Below are positions 1-8,710 of a stretch of DNA of 64,000 nt, piece after piece. The first letter of the stretch is position 1, and every line of letters begins with the position of its first letter. The notes under the pieces were generated by a model. It was not told the DNA's origin and ran no database searches. It was given only the letters and a program-made list of their open reading frames with translations. Made by a program: the position numbers and the translations under genes. Origin of the DNA: a virus; IMG/VR virus record IMGVR_UViG_3300031576_000032, positions 6,188-70,187 of that record. The stretch is one strand, 5' to 3'.

Positions 1-1587
1 CGATAACGCCCCGTCGCGGGTCGGAAACGGTCCCCCGAACGCCCGGGACAGGTCCCAATCGGAAGGCTCCCATTCTTCGAACCTCCGACGCCGTCCTAGG
101 ATCGTCTTTACCCATCCGCGCTCGTTAGCTCGGTCCGACGCGACCCGTAGCGTGTTCCGGGCGAATGGGAACGCGGCGTAGTATTTGTCGAGGAACCCTT
201 GGGCCTCATCGACCGGGAGCTTCAGTTGCGCTGCGGTTTTCTTCGTTCCCATCCCGTAGATCACCCCGAAGTTAATCGTCTTCGCTTTCTGCCGGCCTGC
301 TTTTCCGACAAGTCCCGCACGGTCCGCGCACTGCTGATGAAAGTCGATCTTCGGGTTCTTCTGATACTCCGACCGGAACTCGGCCGCGCCTTCTCCCAAA
401 GCATAATGAGAAAAAATCCTAAATTCTGCCTGGTTGTAATCGGCCTTCCCCCAGTCGCATCCCTCTTCTGGGATAAAGATCGATCGGCACAAAGGGCCAA
501 GGACCGCATCGCGTGCCGGGATGAACTGAAGGTTTGGATGGGACGACGAGAACCGTCCCGTAACGGTCCCATACTCGTCGGACTTCATCGGGTTAAACGA
601 CCCGTGGATTCTTCCGTCGACGAGTTGCTCCTGCATCTGCCCGACAAGAAACGTCGAGATGAACTTATCGGTTCCGCGACACTCAAGGATCATCTTCGCA
701 ACGGAATGATTTACCGTCTCGAGCCACGGCTTCGTGAACGACGGGGCATCGGTTTTCGGGGTGCGTGGGTACGGTATACCCAAAGAATCGAACATCCCCC
801 CGAGCTCCCGCGCGTTCCATACGGAGATGTTTTTCCCCGCGATTGCGTCGAGCCCGGCCTTCGTCTCGACGAGTTTCTTCCGAAACGCGACGATCGAGTC
901 GTCAAGTTTCTTCGTATCGATCCGCACCCCGTTCTGCCTCATCCGAAGAACGAGAGGAAGTAGACGCGACTCAAGGTCGAATAGTTCGGTCATCCCCTCC
1001 GCCGCGAGCAACTTCTCCTGAAGAGGAAGAATCTTTAACGGAAGAAGAACGTCCTGGATCGCGTACTTCGCGACGACGGACCCAGGGAGTCGCCAGAGGT
1101 GTTTCTTCGGATCGCCCTTGTATCCCCGCCGCGCGCATTCTTGCGTTATCTCATCCTCGGCCTTCGACTCGCCCTCGAGGTACCGAACCGAGATATCCCC
1201 GAGGTTGTAGAACCCCTGAAGATTTTCGTTCACCAAAGGTTCAGCGATCTGTACATCCGCCCACGGGCCAACGATTTTCACTCCGGCCTTCTCGAGGTAG
1301 TCAAAATCGTAGAGAAGGTTCGCGCCGACTTTCCGCTGCGACTTCCGACCGAGTTCACGGCCGAGCCACTTGAGGACTTTTTTCGGGTCGAGGTTCTCGC
1401 CGTCCTCGTGTCGGATCGGGTAGTAGTTTGAGAACCCGTCGTCGGTCGCTACCGCGACGCCTGCGATATACCCATCGCGATACGTCCCCGGACCTTTCGC
1501 TACGAGGTCGTCGTCTCGCGTCTCGATGTCCACCGCGATTAATTTTGCAGACGATAAATCGGGAAACAGGTTATCGACCTTCTTCAA
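1..1587 (-). CDS. polA: DNA polymerase family A with 3'-5' exonuclease domain (3' end beyond window edge)
   Basis: Hand translation (not in ORF track): TTG at 1587 overlaps the upstream TGA; MKKVDNLFPDLSSAKLIAVDIETRD (Exo I), TVTGRFSSSHPNLQ, motif A DYNQAEFRIFSHY, motif B RQKAKTINFGVIYGMG. Confidence 0.93.
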   Translation of the reverse strand, partial: MKKVDNLFPDLSSAKLIAVDIETRDDDLVAKGPGTYRDGYIAGVAVATDDGFSNYYPIRHEDGENLDPKKVLKWLGRELGRKSQRKVGANLLYDFDYLEKAGVKIVGPWADVQIAEPLVNENLQGFYNLGDISVRYLEGESKAEDEITQECARRGYKGDPKKHLWRLPGSVVAKYAIQDVLLPLKILPLQEKLLAAEGMTELFDLESRLLPLVLRMRQNGVRIDTKKLDDSIVAFRKKLVETKAGLDAIAGKNISVWNARELGGMFDSLGIPYPRTPKTDAPSFTKPWLETVNHSVAKMILECRGTDKFISTFLVGQMQEQLVDGRIHGSFNPMKSDEYGTVTGRFSSSHPNLQFIPARDAVLGPLCRSIFIPEEGCDWGKADYNQAEFRIFSHYALGEGAAEFRSEYQKNPKIDFHQQCADRAGLVGKAGRQKAKTINFGVIYGMGTKKTAAQLKLPVDEAQGFLDKYYAAFPFARNTLRVASDRANERGWVKTILGRRRRFEEWEPSDWDLSRAFGGPFPTRDGALS

Positions 1588-2069
1588 CGATCATCGCCTT
1601 CTTTTGATTCATCCTCGATCGTCCAGGGGATACCAAGCGATGTGAACAACTCCTTCGACCTCTTCGACTTTTGATAGTCGATCTCCGCGTGGACGGCGAC
1701 GATCCCAACGTTAACGAGAAGCTTCGCGCAGTCGTAGCACGGGAACGCGGTGCAGTACACTTCGGCCCCGTCGATTGGCGGACCGTGCCGCGCGGATTGC
1801 GCGACCGCGTTCGCTTCGGCGTGGACGGTCCGGACACAGTGAGCAGTTTCTTTATACACGATCTGATCGGAGATAGTTGCTCGTTGTTCTATTTCGTGTC
1901 CGACGTCGTCGCAATGAGGCGCCTTCGACGGGGACCCCGAGAATCCAGTCGCAAGGACTCGTCCGTCGCGGACGAGTATCGCACCTTTTTTCCCTCGGTT
2001 ACACGTCGACCGATCCATCACCGCCCGGACGATCGAAAAGTAATATTCCTTCCGCGTCGACCGATTCAA
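1584..2069 (-). CDS. dCMP deaminase (cytidine/deoxycytidylate deaminase family)
   Basis: RSTCNR..GAILVRDGRVLATG, HAEANA and PCYDC Zn motifs; probable TTG start at 2069 overlapping the upstream stop (TTGA); ORF-track N-terminal extension is likely spurious. Confidence 0.9.
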   Translation of the reverse strand: MNRSTRKEYYFSIVRAVMDRSTCNRGKKGAILVRDGRVLATGFSGSPSKAPHCDDVGHEIEQRATISDQIVYKETAHCVRTVHAEANAVAQSARHGPPIDGAEVYCTAFPCYDCAKLLVNVGIVAVHAEIDYQKSKRSKELFTSLGIPWTIEDESKEGDDR

Positions 2070-2794
2070 AATATGTTCCTCCCTTCGAGGTCCTTCGCGA
2101 ACGCGTGAAGCGATCCGATGAAATGGACGAACCGCGACGGCGTCGCATTGATTTCCGATGCGACGTGTTGAAGAAGCCGAGTCGTCAGGTAAACATCCGA
2201 TGCGAAGAACTTCATGAAATCGCACGACCTTTGGTTGTAGATCAATGTCAGGTTCCCGTTCCGGAGGACGAATTGGTACGATATCGAGCACGGCACCCGG
2301 TCGCGCCCGCCCCAGTTCATCATGTCTTGGTGGACGTCGTACATCGTCATAATCGCTTGCCGGGTCGTCGGACGACGTTTCAACTCGTCGATGACGTACG
2401 GAAGTTGCGCTTGCCATCTCTCTCCGTACGAGTAAGAGAACTTCCCGTCCCGAATAAACTTTCCCCATTTCCCTGAGTCGAGTTTCCAGGATTCCCCAGG
2501 ATTCAATGGTCCCCGGGGACCAGCGTTTTCCCGAGTTCCAAGGAGCCGTTCGACCTCTTCCCGTTTTGCCCATTCAACGTTCCCGTTCAGATACTTCATC
2601 ATCTGCTCAAGCCGGACGTTATCAAACGAGGCCGTCAAGGAGTAAGCGTAACCTGTCAGTTCGATCGCTCGGTACCCGGGATCGTCCCCAACGAATTTGT
2701 CTTGCACGGTCTCGGTGTGGTACCGGACACCCATTTCAAACAGGTCCCGCTCGACCTCCTTCACCATCTCGACGGGGTTCTGGTAGATCCTCAT
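2066..2794 (-). CDS. Thymidylate-synthase-fold enzyme, probably dCMP-specific (hydroxy)methyltransferase
   Basis: TRQAI, catalytic PCS, YNQRSCDF, GSLHAF; Asp (FASD) at the position of E. coli TS Asn177. Confidence 0.8.
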   Translation of the reverse strand: MRIYQNPVEMVKEVERDLFEMGVRYHTETVQDKFVGDDPGYRAIELTGYAYSLTASFDNVRLEQMMKYLNGNVEWAKREEVERLLGTRENAGPRGPLNPGESWKLDSGKWGKFIRDGKFSYSYGERWQAQLPYVIDELKRRPTTRQAIMTMYDVHQDMMNWGGRDRVPCSISYQFVLRNGNLTLIYNQRSCDFMKFFASDVYLTTRLLQHVASEINATPSRFVHFIGSLHAFAKDLEGRNIF

Positions 2795-3678
2795 CGCGTC
2801 GCCTTGTCCTTCCGGAACACGAGGATCGTCTGGTACAGCGGCGGCTTCTTCCCCGTCTTCTTCTCGTACGTGTTGAGGAACATCGTCGTTGGGTAATGTC
2901 TCAAGATCGCCGTTCCCTCGTGCGTAAGCCCGAGTTCGGTTAGGAGATCCCCGATCTTCACGTGAAGAAGAAACGGCTCGCCCTTACGCATCATATCCTT
3001 GACAGAGACGACGAACCGGCCGTTCTTCTTCATCCGGGCGATGCACTTCTGGTAAATGTCTCGGATCGCGGCCCAGTACGCGTCGTTCTCCCGAAGGAGG
3101 CCGAGGTTCGCATACCGTTTGTCGTACCTCATCTCCTTCGGTTGTTTCTTCATATCTTTTTCGGCATATCCGAAGAAGCTCTCTCGGACGTCCCCTGAGT
3201 ACGGCGGGTTGTTGACGACGAGCGAGAACCGAGGAAGATCCGCGATCACCGACTCGATCTCTCGGGCGTCTCGGTGAACGACCCGGAACTTCGCGCCATT
3301 CGAGACCGCGGCGGCGCGGGCGAGGTTCGCTTCGACGACGTCGAAGAACTCGATCTCACACCCCGCCGCGTTCCGGCCCATCCGGAGCGCCTCGACGGGA
3401 GTCGTTCCCGCCCCGACCATCGGATCGAGGACCCAGTCGTTCTTTTTCGTAAACGTCTGGATCGCCCACCGAGCGACATGGAGCGGCGTCTTCGCCGGAT
3501 GCTTCTTTTCGATCGGATCGTAAAACGATTTCCTCTCGAGCCGGGAGTAGTTCCGTCCGTCAGGACGAATCAGCTCCCCGAGAAACGGCTTCGAGTATTT
3601 GCTAACGCCGACGTAGTCCGTCGGCATATTCGGTCCGGCGTTCAATAACTGGACCGGTTCGATCTCGTTCTTGTCCAT
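2791..3678 (-). CDS. N4-cytosine/N6-adenine type DNA methyltransferase-like protein
   Basis: HPAKTP, SAM-binding VLDPMVGAGTT, catalytic NNPPY. Confidence 0.8.
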   Translation of the reverse strand: MDKNEIEPVQLLNAGPNMPTDYVGVSKYSKPFLGELIRPDGRNYSRLERKSFYDPIEKKHPAKTPLHVARWAIQTFTKKNDWVLDPMVGAGTTPVEALRMGRNAAGCEIEFFDVVEANLARAAAVSNGAKFRVVHRDAREIESVIADLPRFSLVVNNPPYSGDVRESFFGYAEKDMKKQPKEMRYDKRYANLGLLRENDAYWAAIRDIYQKCIARMKKNGRFVVSVKDMMRKGEPFLLHVKIGDLLTELGLTHEGTAILRHYPTTMFLNTYEKKTGKKPPLYQTILVFRKDKATR

Positions 3679-3690
3679 CCGCTCCCTCCC

Positions 3691-5211
3691 TTAAAAGTTC
3701 GACAACACCTTTCCCGACGGGACCGACGGGACCGACGGGACCGACGGAACGATCGGCGCGGGTTTCACATCTCTCGGCTTCGGTTGTGGTTTCTTCGGTT
3801 CAGCCGGAACTGGCGGAGTCTCCAGGGGGACCTTTCTCGGTCGTCCCCGGCCGCGCTTAGGAATCGACTGGAACTCCGCGACGGACACCGCGGCGCGTTC
3901 GACCTTCGGCCTCCGTTCTTTCTTCGGCTTAGGCGGTTTGTACGTCGGATCGATCGCGTTATCCCAACGCGTCAAGTCCTCGGGTTCGACTCTCATCGGC
4001 AGGTGGCACCGAAATAGCATCGTGCACTCTTCGCACGCTTTCGGTTGATTCGAGTACCCGACGTTTTCGCAGTACCACTGTTTCGCGTCGTCGACATATC
4101 GGTCGGGCGGCAAAAATCGATGTCCCGACGACTCGAACTTCACACCGTTGATATGAGCGGCGATCTGTTTTGCGATGTACGCGTTGAACTGGACGGGCAT
4201 CGCTTTCCCCGTCTGCTTTACGATCGTCGCATCTTTCGTGTGGTTCCATTCGCCTTTCTCGTTCAGGATCGTCCCGTAGAAGATGAAGTCGTCGGGGAAC
4301 CCCTGGATTCTCGCGCGCTCGCGGATCGTATACGGAAGGCACCGCTCCCCGTGGATCGCCGGAGCGCCCCCGGTTAGGACCGCCGCGTGCCCGTCCCAGT
4401 GATTCCGGTATGTCCCGATCCGTTTCTTGTAGGACCCGTCTGCCGTCTGGTACGGAAGGACCGTCCCGGGACGGCCGTCCTTAAAGAACTTCTGGACCTC
4501 GCGCCACGTCGCCTTCTCCCCGCGTTTCGAAAAATGCATCGCTCGGTCACATCGTCCATCGAGGACGTGAGGGTCATGATTCGGAATCGAATGGCTCCCC
4601 TTCTTTTGGGGATCGGGGAGATCCCCGATAAGAGTCTGGACCGTTTCCTTGTTGTCATACTCCCCGGGCCGAAACGCGAACTTCTCCTTCTTCAGCGCCC
4701 CGATCAGGAAGAACCGCTTTCGAAACCGTTGGACGTTTCCGTAATGAAAGTTCGACACCCACTCAGGGAACAGATCGTACTCCGGAAGAAGCGACGCATA
4801 CTTCTCCATCGAGAACGCGATGAACGATTTCGGAAGATCGTCCATCACGAAAAACCTCGGCTTCACCCGCGCGACGAGATCGACGAACAAAGGAATGTCC
4901 CCGGGGTCGTCGCCACGGTTCGAATTCATTCCATCGAGTTGCGAAAAGTTCCCGCACTCTGGGTGTCCGAAAGCAACGTCGATCGTCGGTAACGCCGGGG
5001 CCTCCTCGATCGAATGGACAAAGAACGCCCCCGGGAAGTTCTCAAGAAACGTATTCTTCCCGTCCTTGTCTTTCTTGTGGTAGTACTTCCGCCACTCGAT
5101 ATTTCCGAGGACCTCGAAACCCCCCATCCGCGCTCCGACTAACATTGAACCGATCCCGCACGTTAACCCAACCGCCTTCAACTTCTCAATACTCGGCGGT
5201 TTCCTCGGCAT
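3691..5211 (-). CDS. Atypical C5-cytosine DNA methyltransferase-fold enzyme
   Basis: Motif I GLTCGIGS, IV GHPECGNFS, VI MDDLP (normally ENV), VIII QRFRKRFFLIG, IX RERARIQGFPD, X QTGKAMPV (normally GNA/GNS); Cys cluster and AT-hook in C-terminal tail. Confidence 0.8.
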   Translation of the reverse strand: MPRKPPSIEKLKAVGLTCGIGSMLVGARMGGFEVLGNIEWRKYYHKKDKDGKNTFLENFPGAFFVHSIEEAPALPTIDVAFGHPECGNFSQLDGMNSNRGDDPGDIPLFVDLVARVKPRFFVMDDLPKSFIAFSMEKYASLLPEYDLFPEWVSNFHYGNVQRFRKRFFLIGALKKEKFAFRPGEYDNKETVQTLIGDLPDPQKKGSHSIPNHDPHVLDGRCDRAMHFSKRGEKATWREVQKFFKDGRPGTVLPYQTADGSYKKRIGTYRNHWDGHAAVLTGGAPAIHGERCLPYTIRERARIQGFPDDFIFYGTILNEKGEWNHTKDATIVKQTGKAMPVQFNAYIAKQIAAHINGVKFESSGHRFLPPDRYVDDAKQWYCENVGYSNQPKACEECTMLFRCHLPMRVEPEDLTRWDNAIDPTYKPPKPKKERRPKVERAAVSVAEFQSIPKRGRGRPRKVPLETPPVPAEPKKPQPKPRDVKPAPIVPSVPSVPSVPSGKVLSNF

Positions 5212-5855
5212 TAGTACTCGCTCCGTTGCCGGAACCTATTGACTTCGGACTTCTTGAAGTACAACTCGAACACGGCATCCGCAGACATCCCGACGGTCCA
5301 AGACAGAAGACCAAGTCGCCCGACTGACTGGACGACGAGATCCTCAAACTTGTCTACGTCGGTTGAAACGTGCGACTGTTTCCACGGTTTATTCTTCAAG
5401 CAGTTCATCGCGAGGCCGAGGGTTTCGACGACCTTCCACGCAGAAAACATCACGACCGTTTCGCTATCCAACCCGGTATTTTTCCCCGGAATAATGATAT
5501 CGAGACGATCTTTTCCGAGGTTATCGTCGACAACGTCGGCCGGGCCGAGTCCGATCTCGATCACGAGTTCGACGAGAAAATGCCAGGCGTCGGCGACTTC
5601 CTCCTTACAGTGGACGGGATCAGCCATCGACTCAATCGCTTCGGCGAGTTCCTCAGTTACTCGCCAGGCCAGATCTTTCAGGAAGTATTGGCATTTCGGG
5701 TCGTCGATATGAAACGTCGCGGGTAGAATCCCCCGACCGATCCCGGCTTTTCCCTCGATCTCGCTGTACTTCTTCGACAATTCCCGCTGCCGGTCGAAAA
5801 TCATCTCGAGCCGGTCGCCTGTCGGCTCGGGGGCGGTCGCGTCGTTCACGTTCAT
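5211..5855 (-). CDS. Dimeric all-alpha NTP pyrophosphatase (dUTPase/dCTPase/MazG-like)
   Basis: EELAEA..EEVADAWHF acidic motifs, KNKPWK, C-terminal YFKKSEVNRFRQRSEY; ATG at 5855 overlaps upstream stop (ATGA). Confidence 0.8.
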   Translation of the reverse strand: MNVNDATAPEPTGDRLEMIFDRQRELSKKYSEIEGKAGIGRGILPATFHIDDPKCQYFLKDLAWRVTEELAEAIESMADPVHCKEEVADAWHFLVELVIEIGLGPADVVDDNLGKDRLDIIIPGKNTGLDSETVVMFSAWKVVETLGLAMNCLKNKPWKQSHVSTDVDKFEDLVVQSVGRLGLLSWTVGMSADAVFELYFKKSEVNRFRQRSEY

Positions 5856-7219
5856 GTCGCGTAGGCCTTTCTGAAGGCGTCGATACACGCCATTCGCCAC
5901 TCGATCTTCTTCTCCCCCCTGGACCCTTCGATCTTCAGGGGAACCTTCTCACGATGTAGAATAGAAAGTGGAACGATGTCCGCGAACGCTTCCTTCAATA
6001 CTTCTTTGTGTTTCCTGCGTTCCCACGGGAGCGCGAGCGCGTAGTTCACGATCGGAAGGGCGAGGAACGGGCACCGGAGTTCGACCATCGAGAACATCAT
6101 CGTCCGGTCAAGCCGGGGGAGGTGGTAGTGGATCAACTCGTGAAACACGTCGGACTTTTGCGAGTCATACTCGGCCGTGCGACGGTATCCTCCGAACAAC
6201 TCGTCGGCCCCGTCCCCGGAAAGGACGACGTCAACCCCGGATTCTCGAACGGCCTTTCCTAGGTCGATTTGGGCCATCACCGAGCCGAGATCGACGGGGC
6301 ACTGGTGGATTTGAACCGCGACTTCTTTTTCGATCTCGACTGGTCGGTTGATCGCGATCATCTCGATTTCGCTTCCGGGGAACCGAAAGTCCAGATGTTT
6401 TAGGAAGTCGGCTTCGTCGTTCTCAACATGAAAGACTTTGAAGTCGGTCCGGACCTTCTTCATCATCTCGAAAACGATCGTTGAGTCGAGTCCGCCGGAA
6501 AGAAGAACCCCGACCGGAACATCCGACACCATTCGATTTCGGACAGACTCCTCGACGGCCGCACGAAGGTCCGTTCCAGTTGGGTATAACCCAAGTCCAT
6601 ACTGGTACGATTCCTTAAGCCGTCCGAACTCATCGTAGACTAGGATCGATCCAGGCGCAATCGAATGGATCTCGTTCCAGGGAGTCGACCGATCGTAACA
6701 ATATCCGAACCGCGCGACCCCGCCGAGGTACGTTTCGTTCAACGTCGACGGCCCGGCCTCGAGCAAAGGATCGATCTCGGACGATATCGCAAGCGCCGGA
6801 AGCGTTCGGTAGTAAAGCGGCTTCTTCGCGAGCGGATCGGTCACGACCGTAACGGTCTTCTTCGACGTGTCAATGAATACAAACGACCAGAACCCGTCGA
6901 ACCCGGCAAGACATTTCGGTCCAAACTTCTCCCACATCGCGAGGACGACGGCGAGGTCGTTCTTCGCCGCCGGGTCATACTTTCGGAAGTTGAACACTTC
7001 CCCGACCATCAACCCATACAGGTTCTTCGTACCGTGACGCATCGGCTGGTCGAACGTCTCGCTCAGCCCTTGAATCGGGAGCCGGGCGTGCGAGACGTAT
7101 ACGAGACCCGGTTGGAAGAACCTCGCGGTCGTCGTCCGTTTCCCCCGGTGCTCCAACTTTGCGGCCATCCTTTCGATGACGGATTTGTCTTTCCCAAAAT
7201 AGACGTTAATCCCGCACAT
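5852..7219 (-). CDS. Asparagine synthetase B-like glutamine-dependent amidotransferase / amide ligase
   Basis: N-terminal MCGI (Ntn Cys), HARLPIQG, GEVFNF, PP-loop LLSGGLDS, SGDGADELFGGY. Confidence 0.92.
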   Translation of the reverse strand: MCGINVYFGKDKSVIERMAAKLEHRGKRTTTARFFQPGLVYVSHARLPIQGLSETFDQPMRHGTKNLYGLMVGEVFNFRKYDPAAKNDLAVVLAMWEKFGPKCLAGFDGFWSFVFIDTSKKTVTVVTDPLAKKPLYYRTLPALAISSEIDPLLEAGPSTLNETYLGGVARFGYCYDRSTPWNEIHSIAPGSILVYDEFGRLKESYQYGLGLYPTGTDLRAAVEESVRNRMVSDVPVGVLLSGGLDSTIVFEMMKKVRTDFKVFHVENDEADFLKHLDFRFPGSEIEMIAINRPVEIEKEVAVQIHQCPVDLGSVMAQIDLGKAVRESGVDVVLSGDGADELFGGYRRTAEYDSQKSDVFHELIHYHLPRLDRTMMFSMVELRCPFLALPIVNYALALPWERRKHKEVLKEAFADIVPLSILHREKVPLKIEGSRGEKKIEWRMACIDAFRKAYAT

Positions 7220-7694
7220 AACCCAGAACCGTCATCCCTCTCCTCTTCAGGTTCTCGATCACGACGTCATATCTCATCGCGATTCGGACGATCTTATCCG
7301 ACACGACTTGAACGTGATTGTCTGGTTTGTAGCCTTTTTCGGACGACAGCCGCGCAAGCTTCTCACGAGCGTGAGCAATTAACGTATCGACCGACGGCCG
7401 GCAGTACACGACGAAGAACCCTTTCTCAACGAACCGCCGGGCCGTGTCGTCGATCTCTGATTGCTCGACAAGAAGTCCGTTCCGGACGACCGATCCGTAC
7501 ACTTGTTCGGAGATGAACGACGCCCGGTCAAGGACTTTCCCGTACCCCCGGAACTGCGTCGCGAACCGACCACGAAGGTCCTCCGCGTCCTTAGGCGGAC
7601 CTCCGGCGTGGATAATCTCGAGCCCGTGCTTACCGGCGAGGATCTTCGCGATAGTTGATTTCCCGGCCCCGTCGGGGCCTTCGATTATGATCAA
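7206..7694 (-). CDS. Deoxynucleoside monophosphate kinase (thymidylate-kinase-like)
   Basis: MIIIEGPDGAGKST P-loop, LDR motif. Confidence 0.82.
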   Translation of the reverse strand: MIIIEGPDGAGKSTIAKILAGKHGLEIIHAGGPPKDAEDLRGRFATQFRGYGKVLDRASFISEQVYGSVVRNGLLVEQSEIDDTARRFVEKGFFVVYCRPSVDTLIAHAREKLARLSSEKGYKPDNHVQVVSDKIVRIAMRYDVVIENLKRRGMTVLGYVRD

Positions 7695-7764
7695 TAGTTT
7701 CTCCTTCCTTCAGTATCCGGGGGGCCGGCCCTTCGCAACTCGACCGGCCCCCGATCCGGACGCG

Positions 7765-8589
7765 TTAGTCGACGCGGGTGTACTTCCCGGACTCCTTGTC
7801 CCACGTCGTGTTGAGGTACTTGTCGCCCTTCGAACGCTTCTTCGTCCGAAGAATCGACATCGCCGTGTGGACGTTCGCCTCGTCCCAACCCGTCAACTTG
7901 CAAAGTTCCTCCCGCGTCCCGGTCTTCCGCGTCTTGAAGAAGTCACGGATCATCTGATACCGCGACGGCCCGCCCTCTTTCACCGCGGTTTTCTTCGCGG
8001 CCGGAACCGACTTCGTCGCAGCTTCCTTAGACTTCTTTCTGTTCGCCTTCTTCTCGTCTCCCATTTCATCTCCTTCGCCGGATTTCTCCAACGTGTGTGG
8101 GCCGCGGGTCCCTGCAACCGCGATCCGTGCGCCAAGGCTATCCGACTTTCCAGGGAAAATCTTTTTGCAATCAAAGCAGTAACACTGAATCAACGGAAAC
8201 GTCGATGTCGGAACCCGAGCGGCGGTGTTTTTCCCATCGCAGTCGGGACACGGAACCTTTCCCTTGTGATGAACGAACTTCTCGACTCGATTCGACGTCA
8301 CCTTTTCCGACGGGGGAGCCGCGACGCGCGACTCGTTTCCTTTCTCGGTCAACGAGTACATGAACCGTTTCCCGTCGACGTTCTTCTCCTCCGCCTTAAG
8401 AAACCCGAGCGCGACGAGAATCCGGACCTCGTCCCAGACCTTGTCCGAGTTCGTCGAGATTTCTTCCATCACGGTCGCGACGACTTCGTCAATCCGGACC
8501 TCGCCTTTTCTTGGGAGCACCCTAAGGATCGCGTCGCGAAGCGTCCGACGTTCGGGGCCGATGTCTACTGGCTTAACGGGTTCATCCAT
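7765..8589 (-). CDS. Putative DNA-binding protein: N-terminal winged-helix-like region, CxxC/CxxC Zn ribbon, C-terminal domain paralogous to 28935-29321 and 31901-32263
   Basis: GFLKAEE..MYSLTEKG wing-like segment; CPDC..CFDC; GWDEANVHTAMSILR..RSKG matches GFDEANVRVAFGIMR..RSKG; GGAGG upstream. Confidence 0.6.
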   Translation of the reverse strand: MDEPVKPVDIGPERRTLRDAILRVLPRKGEVRIDEVVATVMEEISTNSDKVWDEVRILVALGFLKAEEKNVDGKRFMYSLTEKGNESRVAAPPSEKVTSNRVEKFVHHKGKVPCPDCDGKNTAARVPTSTFPLIQCYCFDCKKIFPGKSDSLGARIAVAGTRGPHTLEKSGEGDEMGDEKKANRKKSKEAATKSVPAAKKTAVKEGGPSRYQMIRDFFKTRKTGTREELCKLTGWDEANVHTAMSILRTKKRSKGDKYLNTTWDKESGKYTRVD

Positions 8590-8654
8590 CGCATCCTCCT
8601 CGATTCCGGAATCCGCCGAAGAAATCCCCGGCCGGTTCCCGATCGCGCCGACGT

Positions 8655-8684
8655 ATCGTAACGGCTATAGTCGCCAAGTGTAAA
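8655..8684 (-). promoter_or_regulatory. Sigma70-like promoter for the DNA-modification/polymerase operon
   Basis: TTTACA-N18-TACGAT on minus strand in intergenic space; same motif recurs at other intergenic sites. Confidence 0.65.
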
Positions 8685-8710
8685 CATCTTTTTCGGATCT
8701 CGACGAATCT

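Noticed and set aside
199-1431. Plus-strand ORFs of 95-254 aa
   Set aside because: Antisense shadows of the minus-strand DNA polymerase, which has clear motifs A and B
5852-7219. Auxiliary metabolic gene for asparagine supply, or QueC/PurZ-type pathway
   Set aside because: Embedded by overlaps among nucleotide-modifying genes; no folE, queD, queE, dpdA or purZ recognised in the window
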